DNA of 63,963 nt, counting the filler, from Octopus bimaculoides (lineage: Eukaryota), in NCBI RefSeq assembly GCF_001194135.2. It is 5 parts of 5 records of this genome, joined end to end, with 100 filler letters (N's around TTAATTAATTAA, not from the genome) between each part and the next. Parts side by side here need not be neighbours in the genome. Positions count along the whole stretch, not along the records: positions 35,436 to 56,906 come from NC_068993.1; 4 more parts are not named here. One strand, 5' to 3'. Every line of letters begins with the position of its first letter. The stretch's first letter is position 1. The notes below the pieces were generated by a model. The model was not told the origin of the DNA. It did no database searches and saw only the letters and a list, made by a program, of their open reading frames with translations. The position numbers and the translations under genes were made by a program. Positions 42,172-55,366 of this stretch are shown here, in pieces.

Positions 42172-43029
42172 GTGAGCCGCTTGTAACAACTGCGGAGTAT
42201 GCTTCTGTGTATTTCGATCCTACGTGTCGTCTCTTGTATCTCCAGAATTATGCTTCACCCTTTTCTCACTAAAACGTACATCGTTTGTCAACTCTCCCCT
42301 CTTGGAAGAGAGTGTTTGATTTTTCGTCTCCTCTGATTTTTACAGTTTTCTTCCCATCTATCAGGCTCTAAGAGACTGTGGGTAACAATACCTGCATTTT
42401 CATTCAATCGATACTTATGCACTAGTAATAATAGCCCTTGTAAACAGCTTCCATTACTCAACATTATCTTGATCTTCTAGCACCAAAAATCGATTTCTTA
42501 TACCGACATAAAATCTACTAAGGTCAATTATTTCAGACTCCCAGATGTAGATGACCTCTATGAATTGAGCAAGTAGTTCTTTTTGAACTTCAACTGGACT
42601 TATTAGATAACAAAGTTATAATCTGATTCTGCATCGGCTTTTTTCTCTATGAGAACATTCTGCAGAGAAGAGCATCATTCCGTACTTATGCAGAGATAAT
42701 CGATTTCATTTCTAACATTACCATCTAGTGAGGTTGAGGTCATCTTCTTGATACAGTTACGTCTAAAGATATTCTGTCTGTTCTGCAATCTTCAGAGTAA
42801 AAAGCAGTCTCTCTCTATTTACAACTTTTATATCTCAAGATCCATGCAGGCTACTATTTGATTACACTTTTCGTCTACATCTGTATCTATAGATGATTTG
42901 TCTCCTCTTTTCTTCTATCGTTACTGCATTAAGCTATTCCTTATCGGTAGGCTGCACTCGTGGAATCTTTACTCACATACTCGTGATTCTCTCATTTTTT
43001 ATCGTTCCATTGTCTGACCTTAATAAGTT

Positions 43030-44174
43030 TTGCAAAAATTGCTGTTTCCATTTTCAGATATCATAAGAAAAAAGGTAATTAAAATTCATTAAAATGACAA
43101 ATCTATCGGACTTTCAAAGAGGTCAAATTGTGGATGCTCGGATAGTGCACTAGCGTAACGAAAACAGCCGAAATGTTTGTTGTACCAAGAAGTACTGTCT
43201 CGAAAGTAATGACAGCCTTTGAGAAAGAAGGAAAAACCTCCTCGTCGAAACAAAACCCGACAGAAAACCAAAACTTTCAGATAGGGACCGTCGGACACTT
43301 ACGCGAATTGTAAGAAAAGATCACAAAAATATAGCTCCCAAAATTACTGCAGAGCTTCATGACCACCTCGAAAACCAACTTTCCACAAAAACTGTTCACC
43401 GGAAGCTGCACAAAGCCGGATTTCATGGGAGGGCTGCAATCAGAAAACCACTACTTTCAAAATCAAACATTGCAAAGCGTTTAGAGTGGAGTAAAAACCT
43501 ACAGAATTGGTCCCGAGAGCAGTGGAAGAATGTTATTTTCTCGGATGAGTCATTCTTTACCTTATTTCCGACCACTGGCAGAGTATACGTGTGGAGACAG
43601 CCAAAAGAAGCACTTGACCCAGACTGCCTTCTTCCAACTGTTAAATATGGAGGAGGATGTGTGATGATCCGGGGTGGGTTCTAAATCTTGGAAATACGCC
43701 GGCCCAACGGGTTCCCTTCATGGCAGAATTAATAGTCAAGACTATTTAAGCATTTTATCTGATCAAATTCATCCTATGGTTGCGGAACTGTTCCCGGAGG
43801 TAAACGCAAACTTTCAGGATGATAATGTACCAATACACACAGCTAAAGTTGTTACTGGTTGTCACGAGGATCATTCTAGTGAAGTTGAACATATGGCCAC
43901 CACAGTCCCCAGATCTCAATATTATTGAACATTTATGGTGCATTTTAGAAAAACAAGTAAGGATTCGATATCATCCACTATCATCACTACAAGAACTGGA
44001 GATTGTTTTAGCTGAAGATTGGACAAAAATTCCTTGGGAAACAATTCAAATTTTGTATGTACCCATACCTCGTAGAATTCAAGCTGTAATTACTGCAAAA
44101 TTACGGTCCTACGCCATATTAAAATAAATTTGTTTGACATTTTAAGGCATTTCCTTTATTTTGTCCAACCCCTG
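43030..44174 (+). mobile_element. Tc1-family transposon; transposase 43093-44127 disrupted; 3' TIR present
   Basis: MTNLSDFQRGQIV, VIFSDES, FQDDNVPIH and WPPQSPDLNIIEHLW. Ends 'ttttgtccaacccctg-TA'. Confidence 0.92.
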
Positions 44175-44442
44175 TATCTTCAGGTTCGAAGACTACATGC
44201 AGTCCTTACTTCACAAAACGTTGAATTTCTTTCCTTGCTTAAGTTTTTCCCGTAGCTGGGAGATGTGACTGTTGAAATGAAACGACAACCGCCTCTATCG
44301 AAGTGGTATAGAACAAAACATTCCTTGAGACTAAACCAAAATTAAAAAGATAAGAGAATAGAGAAAGGAGAAAAAAGAACGATAGATTATTCATGATTAG
44401 CATATACTGATACATCCTTATTTATCAACTAGGGGCATATAT

Positions 44443-44641
44443 AAATTATTTACATTATTTATATTATTTACATTATTTACATTTGACGGATATTTGTCCT
44501 TATCTTGTTTGTTGTTAACACAACATTTCGGCTGATATACCCTCCAGCTTTCATCAAGTGTCTTGGGGAAATTTCGAAGCTGCATTCTCATTCGTAAGGT
44601 ATTTTTCGTTGTTGTTGTTGTTGTTGCTGTTGTTGTTGTTG

Positions 44642-44678
<37 letters not shown>

Positions 44679-44767
44679 CATTATTATTATTCAGGTCACT
44701 GCCTGGAATCGAACTTGGAATCTTGAGGTTAGTAGCCCGCACTCCTAACCACTATGCCGTATGCCCC
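44443..44767 (-). mobile_element. tRNA-headed SINE with (AAT)/(AAC) linker and hammerhead-like tail (left copy of an inverted pair)
   Basis: A box 'cggcatagtgg' and B box 'GTTCGATTC'. Tail motif GACAC-TTGATGA-AAGCTG..CAGCC-GAAATGTT-GTGTT at 44562-44517. Confidence 0.8.
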
Positions 44768-45025
44768 AAGATTCCGAGTTCGATTCTAGGCATTGACCTT
44801 AATAATAATAATAATAATAATAGTAATAATAATAATAATAATAACAACAACATCGTAAAATACCTTAGGATTGAGAACCCAGGTTCGAAATTTCCCCAAG
44901 ACACCTTATGAAGTGTTGGAGGGTATATCAGCCGAAACGTTGTGTCAACAAGAAACAAGATGAGGACAAATATCCGCCAATTGTAAATAATGTATATAAT
45001 TCCTCATCTCTTGAATATAAAACTG
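44766..45025 (+). mobile_element. 5'-truncated copy of the same SINE (right copy of the inverted pair)
   Basis: B box 'GTTCGATTC'. Tail motif GACAC-CTTATGA..CAGCC-GAAACGTT-GTGTC at 44900-44946. Confidence 0.8.
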
Positions 45026-45031
45026 TAGGGG

Positions 45032-45064
<33 letters not shown>

Positions 45065-45068
<4 letters not shown>

Positions 45069-45140
45069 TATTAAAAAGCAGGAAAAATAATCACAAAACT
45101 GTTACTCAGAGTCTCATCTTCCCGTTCGTCGGACATTGCT
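45065..45140 (-). mobile_element. Short Penelope-terminal-like repeat with a hammerhead variant (second copy at 62145-62230)
   Basis: TGT-CCGACGA-ACG-GGAA-GAT-GAGA-CTCTGAG-TA-ACA, next to (TA)n. Confidence 0.55.
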
Positions 45141-46822
45141 AAAAATAAGAGTTAAGAGCTCTTAATGCTGTAAGAAGAGCGCAATATATAAAAAAATGAG
45201 AGGGGAGGCCACCGCCCCATGACCGTCTTTAGAATCACTAGACTAGAATAATTTCGCATATTTTGTAGTGACTACTCAAACACTCGATGGTTTCGCTAAA
45301 TCCGTTGACCTTTATATATTTTTTACCGTAAAAAATTATGGCTGGTTTAGCAAAATACTAATTCTTATACTGAAAATTTATGTAAATATCTAGGCGTCAT
45401 AGATAAAGGAAAAACTTAATCACCGGGAAATGTGGCTGAGGCTGCCTAAGTACCTACATTGCTAGAAATAAGAGTTAAAAAGTCTTGATGCACTATCAGT
45501 CACATTAAGCGGTAATTAAATAATTCCTTTATGCGCCTAGCTTTTTATATATATGTATACATATATATGTGTGCGTTCGCGCGCGCGTATAGTCTTGTCT
45601 GTCCCTGTCTTAGGGATGTAGTTAAAAAGTAGAAAATGCCGCAATACTTTGATGATACCTTAATACATTTTTAAGATCATGGAAGCAAGAGTATAAGTTA
45701 TCCTCGGACGAGAGACCAGGATAAATGCTTGGGATATATTTGGCCACTGATTAAGCCCATGCCTTAACTACAGGAAATATTATTTCGATGGCATTTCATG
45801 CAGTCTCCGTCTATCATAAGCTACCAACAAGGTTGTGGTTGACCGGAATCTACGAGCGAAGAATCTTGCCCGACACATCGAGCAGTGGGTTTGAACATGA
45901 AACAACATAGTTGGGAAATTCTTTTCTTAGCCACACAATCATATCTCCAACCAACCTATACCTGTGTGCTTGTAATATGTATGAGTATGAATATAATTTA
46001 TATTCACCGAACACAGACACACCTATACACACGTACACACACATGTGAGTGCATTTACCACACCAATGCAACTACAGTACGAAGCTCACGAGTACGCGCG
46101 CATGCATAAATAACGAGCAGTCATAGAAACCTGTCTATATAGAATTCTTTTCAAAAGGTAGACATAAGCTCCAAAATAGACACATTTTGAAATATATTAT
46201 TAGAGAATCTGCGTCTCGAAGATGTGTTGTATATACAAGGAACAAATGTATTTCTTTTCACGAAGGATAGCTAAACTTATGTCACAATAAGGATATTATT
46301 ACAGACATTATTTAAAGTCCAGCGCTGAAAAATGTATAGGCATTACAGTGACCGGGAGCGAACTAGTATAACTTGAATATCAGAATATGAAGGAGTCTCA
46401 AGTATGATAACATAGATTGTTGTTAAAAATGCCAAATCACCTTTCTCGCAACAGGATAACGACCTTACCTCCGATCACTCTCTCTCTCTCTCTCTCTCNN
46501 NNNNNNNNNNNNNNNNNNNNNNNNNNNNNNNNNNNNNNNNNNNNNNNNNNNNNNNNNNNNNNNNNNNNNNNNNNNNNNNNNNNNNNNNNNNNNNNNNNNN
46601 NNNNNNNNNNNNNNNNNNNNNNNNNNNNNNNNNNNNNNNNNNNNNNNNNNNNNNNNNNNNNNNNNNNNNNNNNNNNNNNNNNNNNNNNNNNNNNNNNNNN
46701 NNNNNNNNNNNNNNNNNNNNNNNNNNNNNNNNNNNNNNNNNNNNNNNNNNNNNNNNNNNNNNNNNNNNNNNNNNNNNNNNNNNNNNNNNNNNNNNNNNNN
46801 NNNNNNNNNNNNNNNNNNNNNN

Positions 46823-46870
<48 letters not shown>

Positions 46871-46924
46871 CGTTTGTGTGTTTATGTATGTATATACAGA
46901 AATATTAATACATTCTTCAATTCT

Positions 46925-47505
46925 TTAACTTGTTCCAGTCATTTCACTGCAGTCATGCTGGAGCATTATTTTGAAGGGTTTTAGTCGAACAAATCAATCG
47001 AAGGACCTTTTCTTATGAACCTAGTATTTATTTCATCTGTGCTTTTGCCGAACCGCTAAGTTGCGGAGACATAACACCGGTTGCCAAGCGGTGAGGAGGA
47101 ACAAACACAGACACAAAGGCACGCACACATAGATATATACATGTAGTTGAAATTTACAGAAAAAAAGACGAAGAGAGGTGTATAAACAAGCAGGTGTATT
47201 AGTTTGGCCCTCGGAAAGGTGAGAAAGTATTTTATGCTTCGAGCCTACGCTCTTCAACAGAAAGGAATATGAGGAAATAAGCAGAGAGAGTATTAAAAAA
47301 AAAACTTGTGGAGTTAGCGTTCAATCATGGCGACATATATAAATACGACAGGGCTTCTTTCTGTTTCGGTCTACCAAATCTACGCACAAGGGTTTAATCG
47401 GTCCAAAGCTATAGTAGACACTTGCTCATTGTGCCACGCAGTAGAACTGAATCCGAAACCATGTGATTGGGAATCAGACTTCTTACCACACAGCCACACC
47501 TGCAC
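46925..47505 (-). mobile_element. tRNA-derived SINE interrupted by a roughly 200-bp insert (47138-47335)
   Basis: Aligns to 50600-51005 on both sides of the insert. Confidence 0.8.
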
Positions 47506-47607
47506 CTATATATGTGTGAGAATGTGTGCTTATATATATATATCAACACACACGCACACACACATATATATAGATATATAAACGCACACACATACACACA
47601 CACACAT

Positions 47608-47683
<76 letters not shown>

Positions 47684-47943
47684 TTTTATGTATATATATA
47701 CACACATATAAGTATATACACATACATACGCTCAAACACACACATACACATATAAACCTCGAACGGATGAATTAAGATGTACTTTGTGATGTGAATACGA
47801 ATTAGGTGTCATATATATTGTTCAAAATATCTGATCGAAATATTGTCATTTTTGCTGGCCTTTATTTCATTCTCAACATATAAATATAAATACAGGCAAA
47901 ATACACACACACACATACACACACACATACACACACACACTCA

Positions 47944-47986
<43 letters not shown>

Positions 47987-48999
47987 TTATATGTGTGTGT
48001 GTGTGTTACTTTTTCCAAAGGTTCAATTGTGTTTATATGGATGATTAAATGCTTAATGTAGATTACTGATATTTCGCAACCCATAAATGGAGTTTCATAT
48101 TGCTCAAAGAATAATACAATTAATGAGAGATAATGGAGAAAAGCAGCCTGAGATAAGTCAATCATTCTATACACTAGACCATATAGCTTTATCTATCATA
48201 TCTTTGTTAATATTTCAGCAATCATGATAGAAGCCGTGTACTGAATATCAAAGTCGGCTTTCATATTGCGATTTCAACTTAAAAGAACATTTTACATACG
48301 AGTGACAAACATTAGGAAAAAGAAACAGATAATAAAATTAGTAAAATTTAAAACAGGGCAATGCTCAATTTCAATGCAAGCAACTGTTTGATTGTTCCTG
48401 AAGTGTAGCATCCTAACCTGGTGGTTCCTTCGGCAATCACTCTGTGTTTCCTGAGAAATTTTCCTCGGAAAGTAGATTCATGATTTTTTTCGTGTGTTTC
48501 AATTTTACTGGACACTGTCTTGTTGGTTATAGGCAATTCTAAGAGAGGGAGCAAAAAAAAGCCCTTCCATTCTTTAACTAATCTTTTTACTTATCGATAT
48601 CGAAACGATGACGTCAAATATGAACACAGTTGGTTTGGACTCAGAAAGAAAAAATCTAGAACAAATAACACAGGTCAATCTATCTGACTGCCAATTCACA
48701 CCGACTTCCATAAATTTTCTGCTAGCATACAATCTCTAACTTTTCTTTGCTAGACATATAGCATTTACTACTAATAGTTTTGAAATCTGATTAAATATTA
48801 CGATGAAATAGGACAGGAATAGATATTCCATATATTTTACAATGTAAAAGCTACATTTCTTAACTTGAAATATTAGTACTATTAAAAATCACACCTCCAC
48901 AGAAACAGTTATGTGTGTATATGCAATTTACACATATATGCACACACTCACACACATACAAGCATACATACATACATACATACATACATAAATCAGTAC

Positions 49000-50325
49000 T
49001 CATACCAATATTTGGAAAACTTGATTGGAAGCCTGATGAGATCCGAGCCATTGATGTGAAACTCGAAATTTAGTAACAAGCACACATAATTTCTATATAA
49101 ACAGTGACATAGACCGCCCCTACCTAAAACGAAAACAAGGCGGCTCTTACGCAGTATATCATCAAATATAAAGATGAGCCCATATGAGCAGAAGACTTTG
49201 CATGGATATGTTAGTAGAAAACTCAGAGATGATAGTAACATTGATTATCAAATATGTCTATCTCCCTCTTTGAAGGTTATGCGTTTGCACTCCAGGAACA
49301 GGACATATCAACCAAATATCTGATGCACGAAAGGGACAGAGATGCAGGAAAAGCAGTAAAATGTGACAACCGAAGTAGACTTTGTGGGGTTAACACCGAA
49401 GATATCACCCACATCATAAGAAGTTGTCCGAAAATGTCATCACGGTATTATCTACCGATAACACATAATGTTGTAGCTAGGACACTCTATAATTAAATTC
49501 GTCGGAAGGATAACCACGAGGACAAAGTAATAAGGACCCTCAGTATGGTAGAAGCCATAGCCACTCTTAATAAAGTAGCAGTACTAGTGGAATGTCCCAG
49601 TGAAGACTTCATTAAAATGTAAGCACAACAGACCTGATATAGTGATTTGGGAAAAAGAAGAGAAACTGTGTACAGTTGTGGAAATTAGCTGCCCATCAGT
49701 GAAAAACGAGAATACCTATGCTGAACTATTGAGAAATCTGCAGATGCTCTCTCCAGATTACAAGTTCAGGTTTATACTTGTAATTATTGGAACCCTCGGA
49801 TATGTAGCACACTTCCTAAATACCAATCTTGAGGAATTAGTCTTCTCAAAACTAGAATGGAGAAAACTAATTCGAAGACTACAGATCCAATCCATCACTG
49901 GAACTGTACAAATTTGTAAAACTTGCCAGAGGTTTATCATTTAAATATATATGAGCATGTCTAGATGTGCAACTATATGCATGAGAATATATACATAAAG
50001 CAAAACATACAAATCTGCACATATACATACATACATAAAACATACAAATCTTCACGTACACACATACATACGTACATACATACATACATACATGCACACA
50101 TAAATAAATAAATACATACATACGTACAAACAAGTAAAAATACCCTACTATTGATGTTGAAATTCCAATTCAGGAGCCTTGGATGTCGGTTAGAAATAAT
50201 GACATTCAAACAAAAATACCTTGTCGTTGATGTTGATATTCCAATGAAGGAGCCTTGGATATCAGTTAAAAACGGGCTCTTTCTCAATTGCCGAGAAATC
50301 TTGAAATAAAGTTGAAAAATGACAC
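49000..50325 (+). mobile_element. R4/Dong-like retrotransposon 3' end: zinc knuckle, restriction-like endonuclease and 3' UTR ending in (AC)n
   Basis: RLCGVNTEDITHIIRSCPKM..YYLP..HNVVAR, NRPDIVIWEK..CTVVEISCP and VIIGTLG. Confidence 0.88.
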
Positions 50326-50599
50326 ACACACACACGCACACACACGCACACACACATACACACACAGATAGATAGATTGAAAAATAGATAGATACGGGTA
50401 TCCATAAATCGCAAGTATAACGTAAGTAACGATTTTTAAGTGTTTAGACAAAAAATAAATAAATCTTTATTCACTGGGTATCTGTCATATTTACGACTTT
50501 ATACAGAATAGCAATTCTGCCAGACAAACAGGAACCGATGTAAATTTGAAGACATTCGAGGTTATTTATCCTGGAATATATACTCTTTTACTCTCTTTA

Positions 50600-51005
50600 C
50601 TCTTTTACTTGTTTCAGTCATTTGACTGCGGCCATGCTGGAGCACCGCCTTTAGTTGAGAAAATCGACCCCAGGACTTATTCTTTGTAAGCCTAGTACTT
50701 ACTCTATCGGTCTCTTTTGCCAAACCGCTAATTTACGGGGACGTAAACACATCAGCATCAGTTGTCAAGCGATGTTGGGGGGACAAACACAGACACACAA
50801 ACACACACTTATATATATATAGATATATATAGATATACATATACATATATACGACGTTCGTCTTTTCAGTTTACGTCTACCAGATCCACTCACAAGGCTT
50901 TGGTCGGCCAGAGGCTATAGTAGAAGACACCTGGTCAAAGTGCCACGCAGTGGGACTGAACCCGGAACCATGTGGTTGATAAGCAAGCTACTTACCACAT
51001 AGCCA
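50600..51005 (-). mobile_element. Full-length tRNA-derived SINE
   Basis: Minus strand 'tggctatgtggtaag' (A box) and 'GGTTCAGTCCC' (B box). Several related copies occur in the window. Confidence 0.85.
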
Positions 51006-51208
51006 TCTGCTTCTGTCAGTGTTACCAAACAAACAATCTGTAGTACTCCGTATTTATTTCTAAAATATTTAGTAAGTATTATGACTGTTGTAATTATTCC
51101 CCTCTTTAAGAAAGAGAATGTTAGAAATAAAGCAAGGACCTTTATTAAAGGTGCTAAATTCAAGTCTTCCCATGAGTACAATCACTTTAGATCTGGTATC
51201 GCTAATTA

Positions 51209-53147
51209 CACTGCATGACAAGATGAAAATAAAAGGTTCTTTAGTAAGAGATAATTAGTGTGATTTTAGTCAATTTTAGGGGCTTCTTTCTGAATATGAA
51301 GTCAGTTTTGCTCCATCACACCTAGATTTTGATCTACAAGATACCTCCTACATACCAAATGTACAGAAATATAATGTAACATGCTGTATTTTTACGAATA
51401 CTTTTGATTATTCTTTTTGCGACAACCTTTATAAATTGGCAACTGCTCTGTTCACTGTAGATTGCTGATTTTTATTTCTTCACATCAATTAGCATTAATT
51501 TGCTCGCATTCAGGACATATTTGACGCAATGATCCAGATCCTTTTTTATTACATCTATGGGGATTATGCTTTTAAGGATTGTAGGAAAACATCAAACCGC
51601 TAATACAAGCAAGATAGAAAGATTGCTCTAAAATGAATCTTGAAGATAATGATAAATATTTTGCTCTGCATCTCGCATGCAAAGTTTTCAGTAATCGACG
51701 TATGTTGTAGCCCAGCAGCAAGCTGAAAGAAACGTCATTTGCCTCTCCAATTGCATGGGGAGAACAAAGCAACCATTCTACTGACTGCTACTCTTGCTTT
51801 GGGAGATTCAATAAGAAACCTACAAAGTATGTCAAGTATCTTAATTTACCATCTGCCCTAAGACCGCGGCCATATAAAAATGAAGTTTTTCTTTCTGTGC
51901 CAAGCAATCAACAATTGTGTAAGTCAAATGATGATTCCGATGACAAAACTGGATGTGAAGACCAAACAGATGACAGGGATTTTGAAATCCCTCATTCACG
52001 TCCTAAAATAAGACAAGGAGAACCGGATTGTTTTGTTAGAAAGTTAGGACTTTCCAAGAATGTTGCTTACCTGGGTGGAACAATGCTCAGAGTATATAGA
52101 GTCTTTGCCCTTGGGACCAAAATAAAACAGTGCACAAGCACCGAGAGAAGAAATTTGCTGAATTTTTCGACACATGATAAGTTGGGTTTGGCGTATTGCA
52201 AGACGAATATTACTGGTTTCATTTTAGCACGAAGAATTTCCTCTCTTGTCATGTCAGATTGGTGGTTATTCATTGATGGCAGTACTTCTAGCATTTTTGT
52301 ATGTTTTTGTTTGCATGTTGGAAATGAGTACCCAGGGATTCCAGTGGATTATTCAAAGAAGGCAAAAAATCATACGACACTATCATGATGTTACTTTCCG
52401 TGATCAAGTATGATGATTTTAAGTGGAGAGCTGGAGATGACTTGAAGATAATAGATTTTTTAAATTGGAATGCAAAAGCGTTAAATGAAGTTTTGCTTAT
52501 TCTTGTACCTGTGGGACAGCTGGGTTCAAAACGAGCACTACAGTCGGTAGGATTGACGAAAGCGTTCAATACGTACCACTAGTTTCCCCTGAGCCAATTG
52601 TGTGGTCACCACCTCACATTGAACTTGGAATCTTCAAACATTTTGAGAAATCACTGGATCCTGAGGGTTAACCAATCAAGAGACTGAAAGATGTCTTTCC
52701 TCGATTAATTGAAGCAAAGATTAAAGAAAGTATGTCTGTTGGACCAGACACTCGGAAATTAATGAAGAAACAGATGATCAGAGAATCATTGATTGAAGTT
52801 GAACAATGTGCGTATGCCGACCCCCGCATGACGGCAAACTTTTGCTGGCTTCACTCTTTATAAATTCCATGTAGTGAAATCAATGCAATAACTTATTTTC
52901 TAATGTATATAGTTATTTTAACAGTGATTAATTGCAGTTTAGTACATTAATAAATTGCAATTAAAACACAAGTAAGCACTTTCTTCTGTAAGTTCAGTAT
53001 ATGCGAGATATCTTGTAGATCAAAGTGTAGACGTGATGGAGCAAAGCGGATCTCATAATATTCATAAAGGACATCCTAAAATTAACAAATATGACCAAAA
53101 ATAGTATCTGCTAAAAAAAATATTAGTGTCATACAATGTTATCAGTG
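51209..53147 (+). mobile_element. Chapaev3-like (CMC) DNA transposon, about 1.9 kb, decayed
   Basis: CACTG...CAGTG ends with about 130-bp imperfect subterminal inverted repeats. Motifs W(G)EQSNHSTDCY, WWLFIDGS, GDDLKII and PHIELGIFK. The family name is from recall. Confidence 0.7.
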
Positions 53148-53597
53148 ATTGTAGCTAACATTGTCTGGGACAATTATAATCTATATCAGTGTTGGGGCAT
53201 TGATTTCAAACTTGCAACCGCACTTAATAATAAAGAAATATACGATATTTTAATTTTTTTATTGAATGAAACAAAAGACCAAAATATAGAAGTACCTATT
53301 GAAATAGAAATTTCAAGATATGTTTTCTCAGTTGTATTTGGAAATTCACCAATTTTTCTTCTCTAAATTACCGCACAACTATACAAAAAAAAAAAAGCAT
53401 TATATTGTGTTAGAATATTCATAATTATATATTGTTGTACTTTAGTGCACATTGATTTAAATTCATTAATATACAGACCACAAGTATCTCTCCACCTCTC
53501 TCTCTATCTCTCTCTCTCTCTCTCTCATTCTCTCTCTCTCTCTCACTCTCTCTCCCTCTCTTTCAATACATGATATGTGTGTGTGTGTGTGTATAAA

Positions 53598-53707
<110 letters not shown>

Positions 53708-55366
53708 AATATATATGTGTATATGTGTCTATATACATATATGTATACACACACACATACACACATATATATACATATATGTGCATAGAGACACACATAC
53801 ATTACATGTATACACATTCAACTATCTATCTAACTATAACTCCGTCTGCTTCTCTGTATATGTTTATACGTATATATATGTATATATATATATATACATA
53901 TATGCATATATTTGTGTGGTTGTATATGTGTGTTCATGTGTGTGCATGCGTGTGTATGTGTGTGTGCGTGTGTGTATCAATGTGATTGTGTGTACCTATT
54001 TTCGTACTGGAATTTTATTATATATACATAAAATATACTCCACGACTACGACTCTCCTAAGCCTTCTCAAACCATCATTTATACATACCAGCGCACCCCT
54101 ATGTATGCATACATAATACATAATACATACATACATACATACATACATACTGCCTGCCTACATACATACACATATAAATGCATGCATACATAGATACATA
54201 GATACATACATTCATACATGCATACATACATACATGCACACATAAATTCATACTTCCATACATACATTTTAATTTATCATTGTACAAATCACGCATAATT
54301 TATTTCTACGCCAGTCAGTCTAGCAATCTGTGTGCTTATGTATGTACATGGGTGTTTGTTTATGTGTGGGGTATTGTTTGTTTGTTTGTGTGGTGTGTGT
54401 GTGTGTGTGTGTGTGTTTATTGGTCTGTGTGAATTGATACCTGTAGAGTTATACTGCTTATTGTAAATTTTACTCCTAAATTTTGAGTATATTCATAACA
54501 TGTTACAAATCTTATGAGTATATGTATATTTCAGAAAGAAAACAATTACAACTCAGTATTGATAAAATCGCAGATTGCGATAAAGCGATAACTTGACGAT
54601 AACTGAAAAGAAAAAAAGTTAGTAATATCAAAATCTTCATAAAAATATTTTAATGTGAAATGTTATTCTCTAGTTAGATTATCGGCAATAACGATGCTCC
54701 TAAGTCAGAAGAAATTGAATAGTTGTTGGCTTCACAGACAGTGTAGCACTTAGTCAACAACATTATAGTATTTTGCATAACAAACATCCTTATCAATGCG
54801 ATTAAATGATGAACCCAACTGGTAAAATGGAGGTACAACACACGAGATATTTGATACATACAAACACTTGCAGAAAGAGTTATTTCCTTTATATTTGTCT
54901 AGAGACGAGATCGTTACATAATTGTTACACGTAGACATCTACGCACGTGCAGTTTTACTCGCCTACGTACCACACATTTTCTGACGTCAAGTTTGGTTCA
55001 TTGACCTTTACTAACTGGCCTCTGTTTGCGTGTTTGTACATATGCTTACTCATATTTACCTACAACTGCATGTGAGGTAGCAAATCATTGCAGCCGATAA
55101 TGTGTGATGCTGCATAATTTTTATCTATGTTTGGGTGGTAGGTAACTAAACTGGTTCGCCTAGTTGGAATGTATGGGGCGGATAGATTATGAAAAACGCA
55201 GAAGAAATATGGGGCCAGCAAATGCTGGTGATAACCAGCACAATTTCAACAGCTATCTAGAAATAATTCATGGTGATATAAGGATATTCGGAAATGGGAA
55301 CAAATATACTTTAATAGCATTGGAGGATGATGTAGCGCTATTACTAATCAGGACACGAATGATGAT

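Noticed and set aside
49030-49070. CTGATGA...GAAA as another hammerhead
   Set aside because: No stems form, and it reads as coding sequence of the R4-like element.
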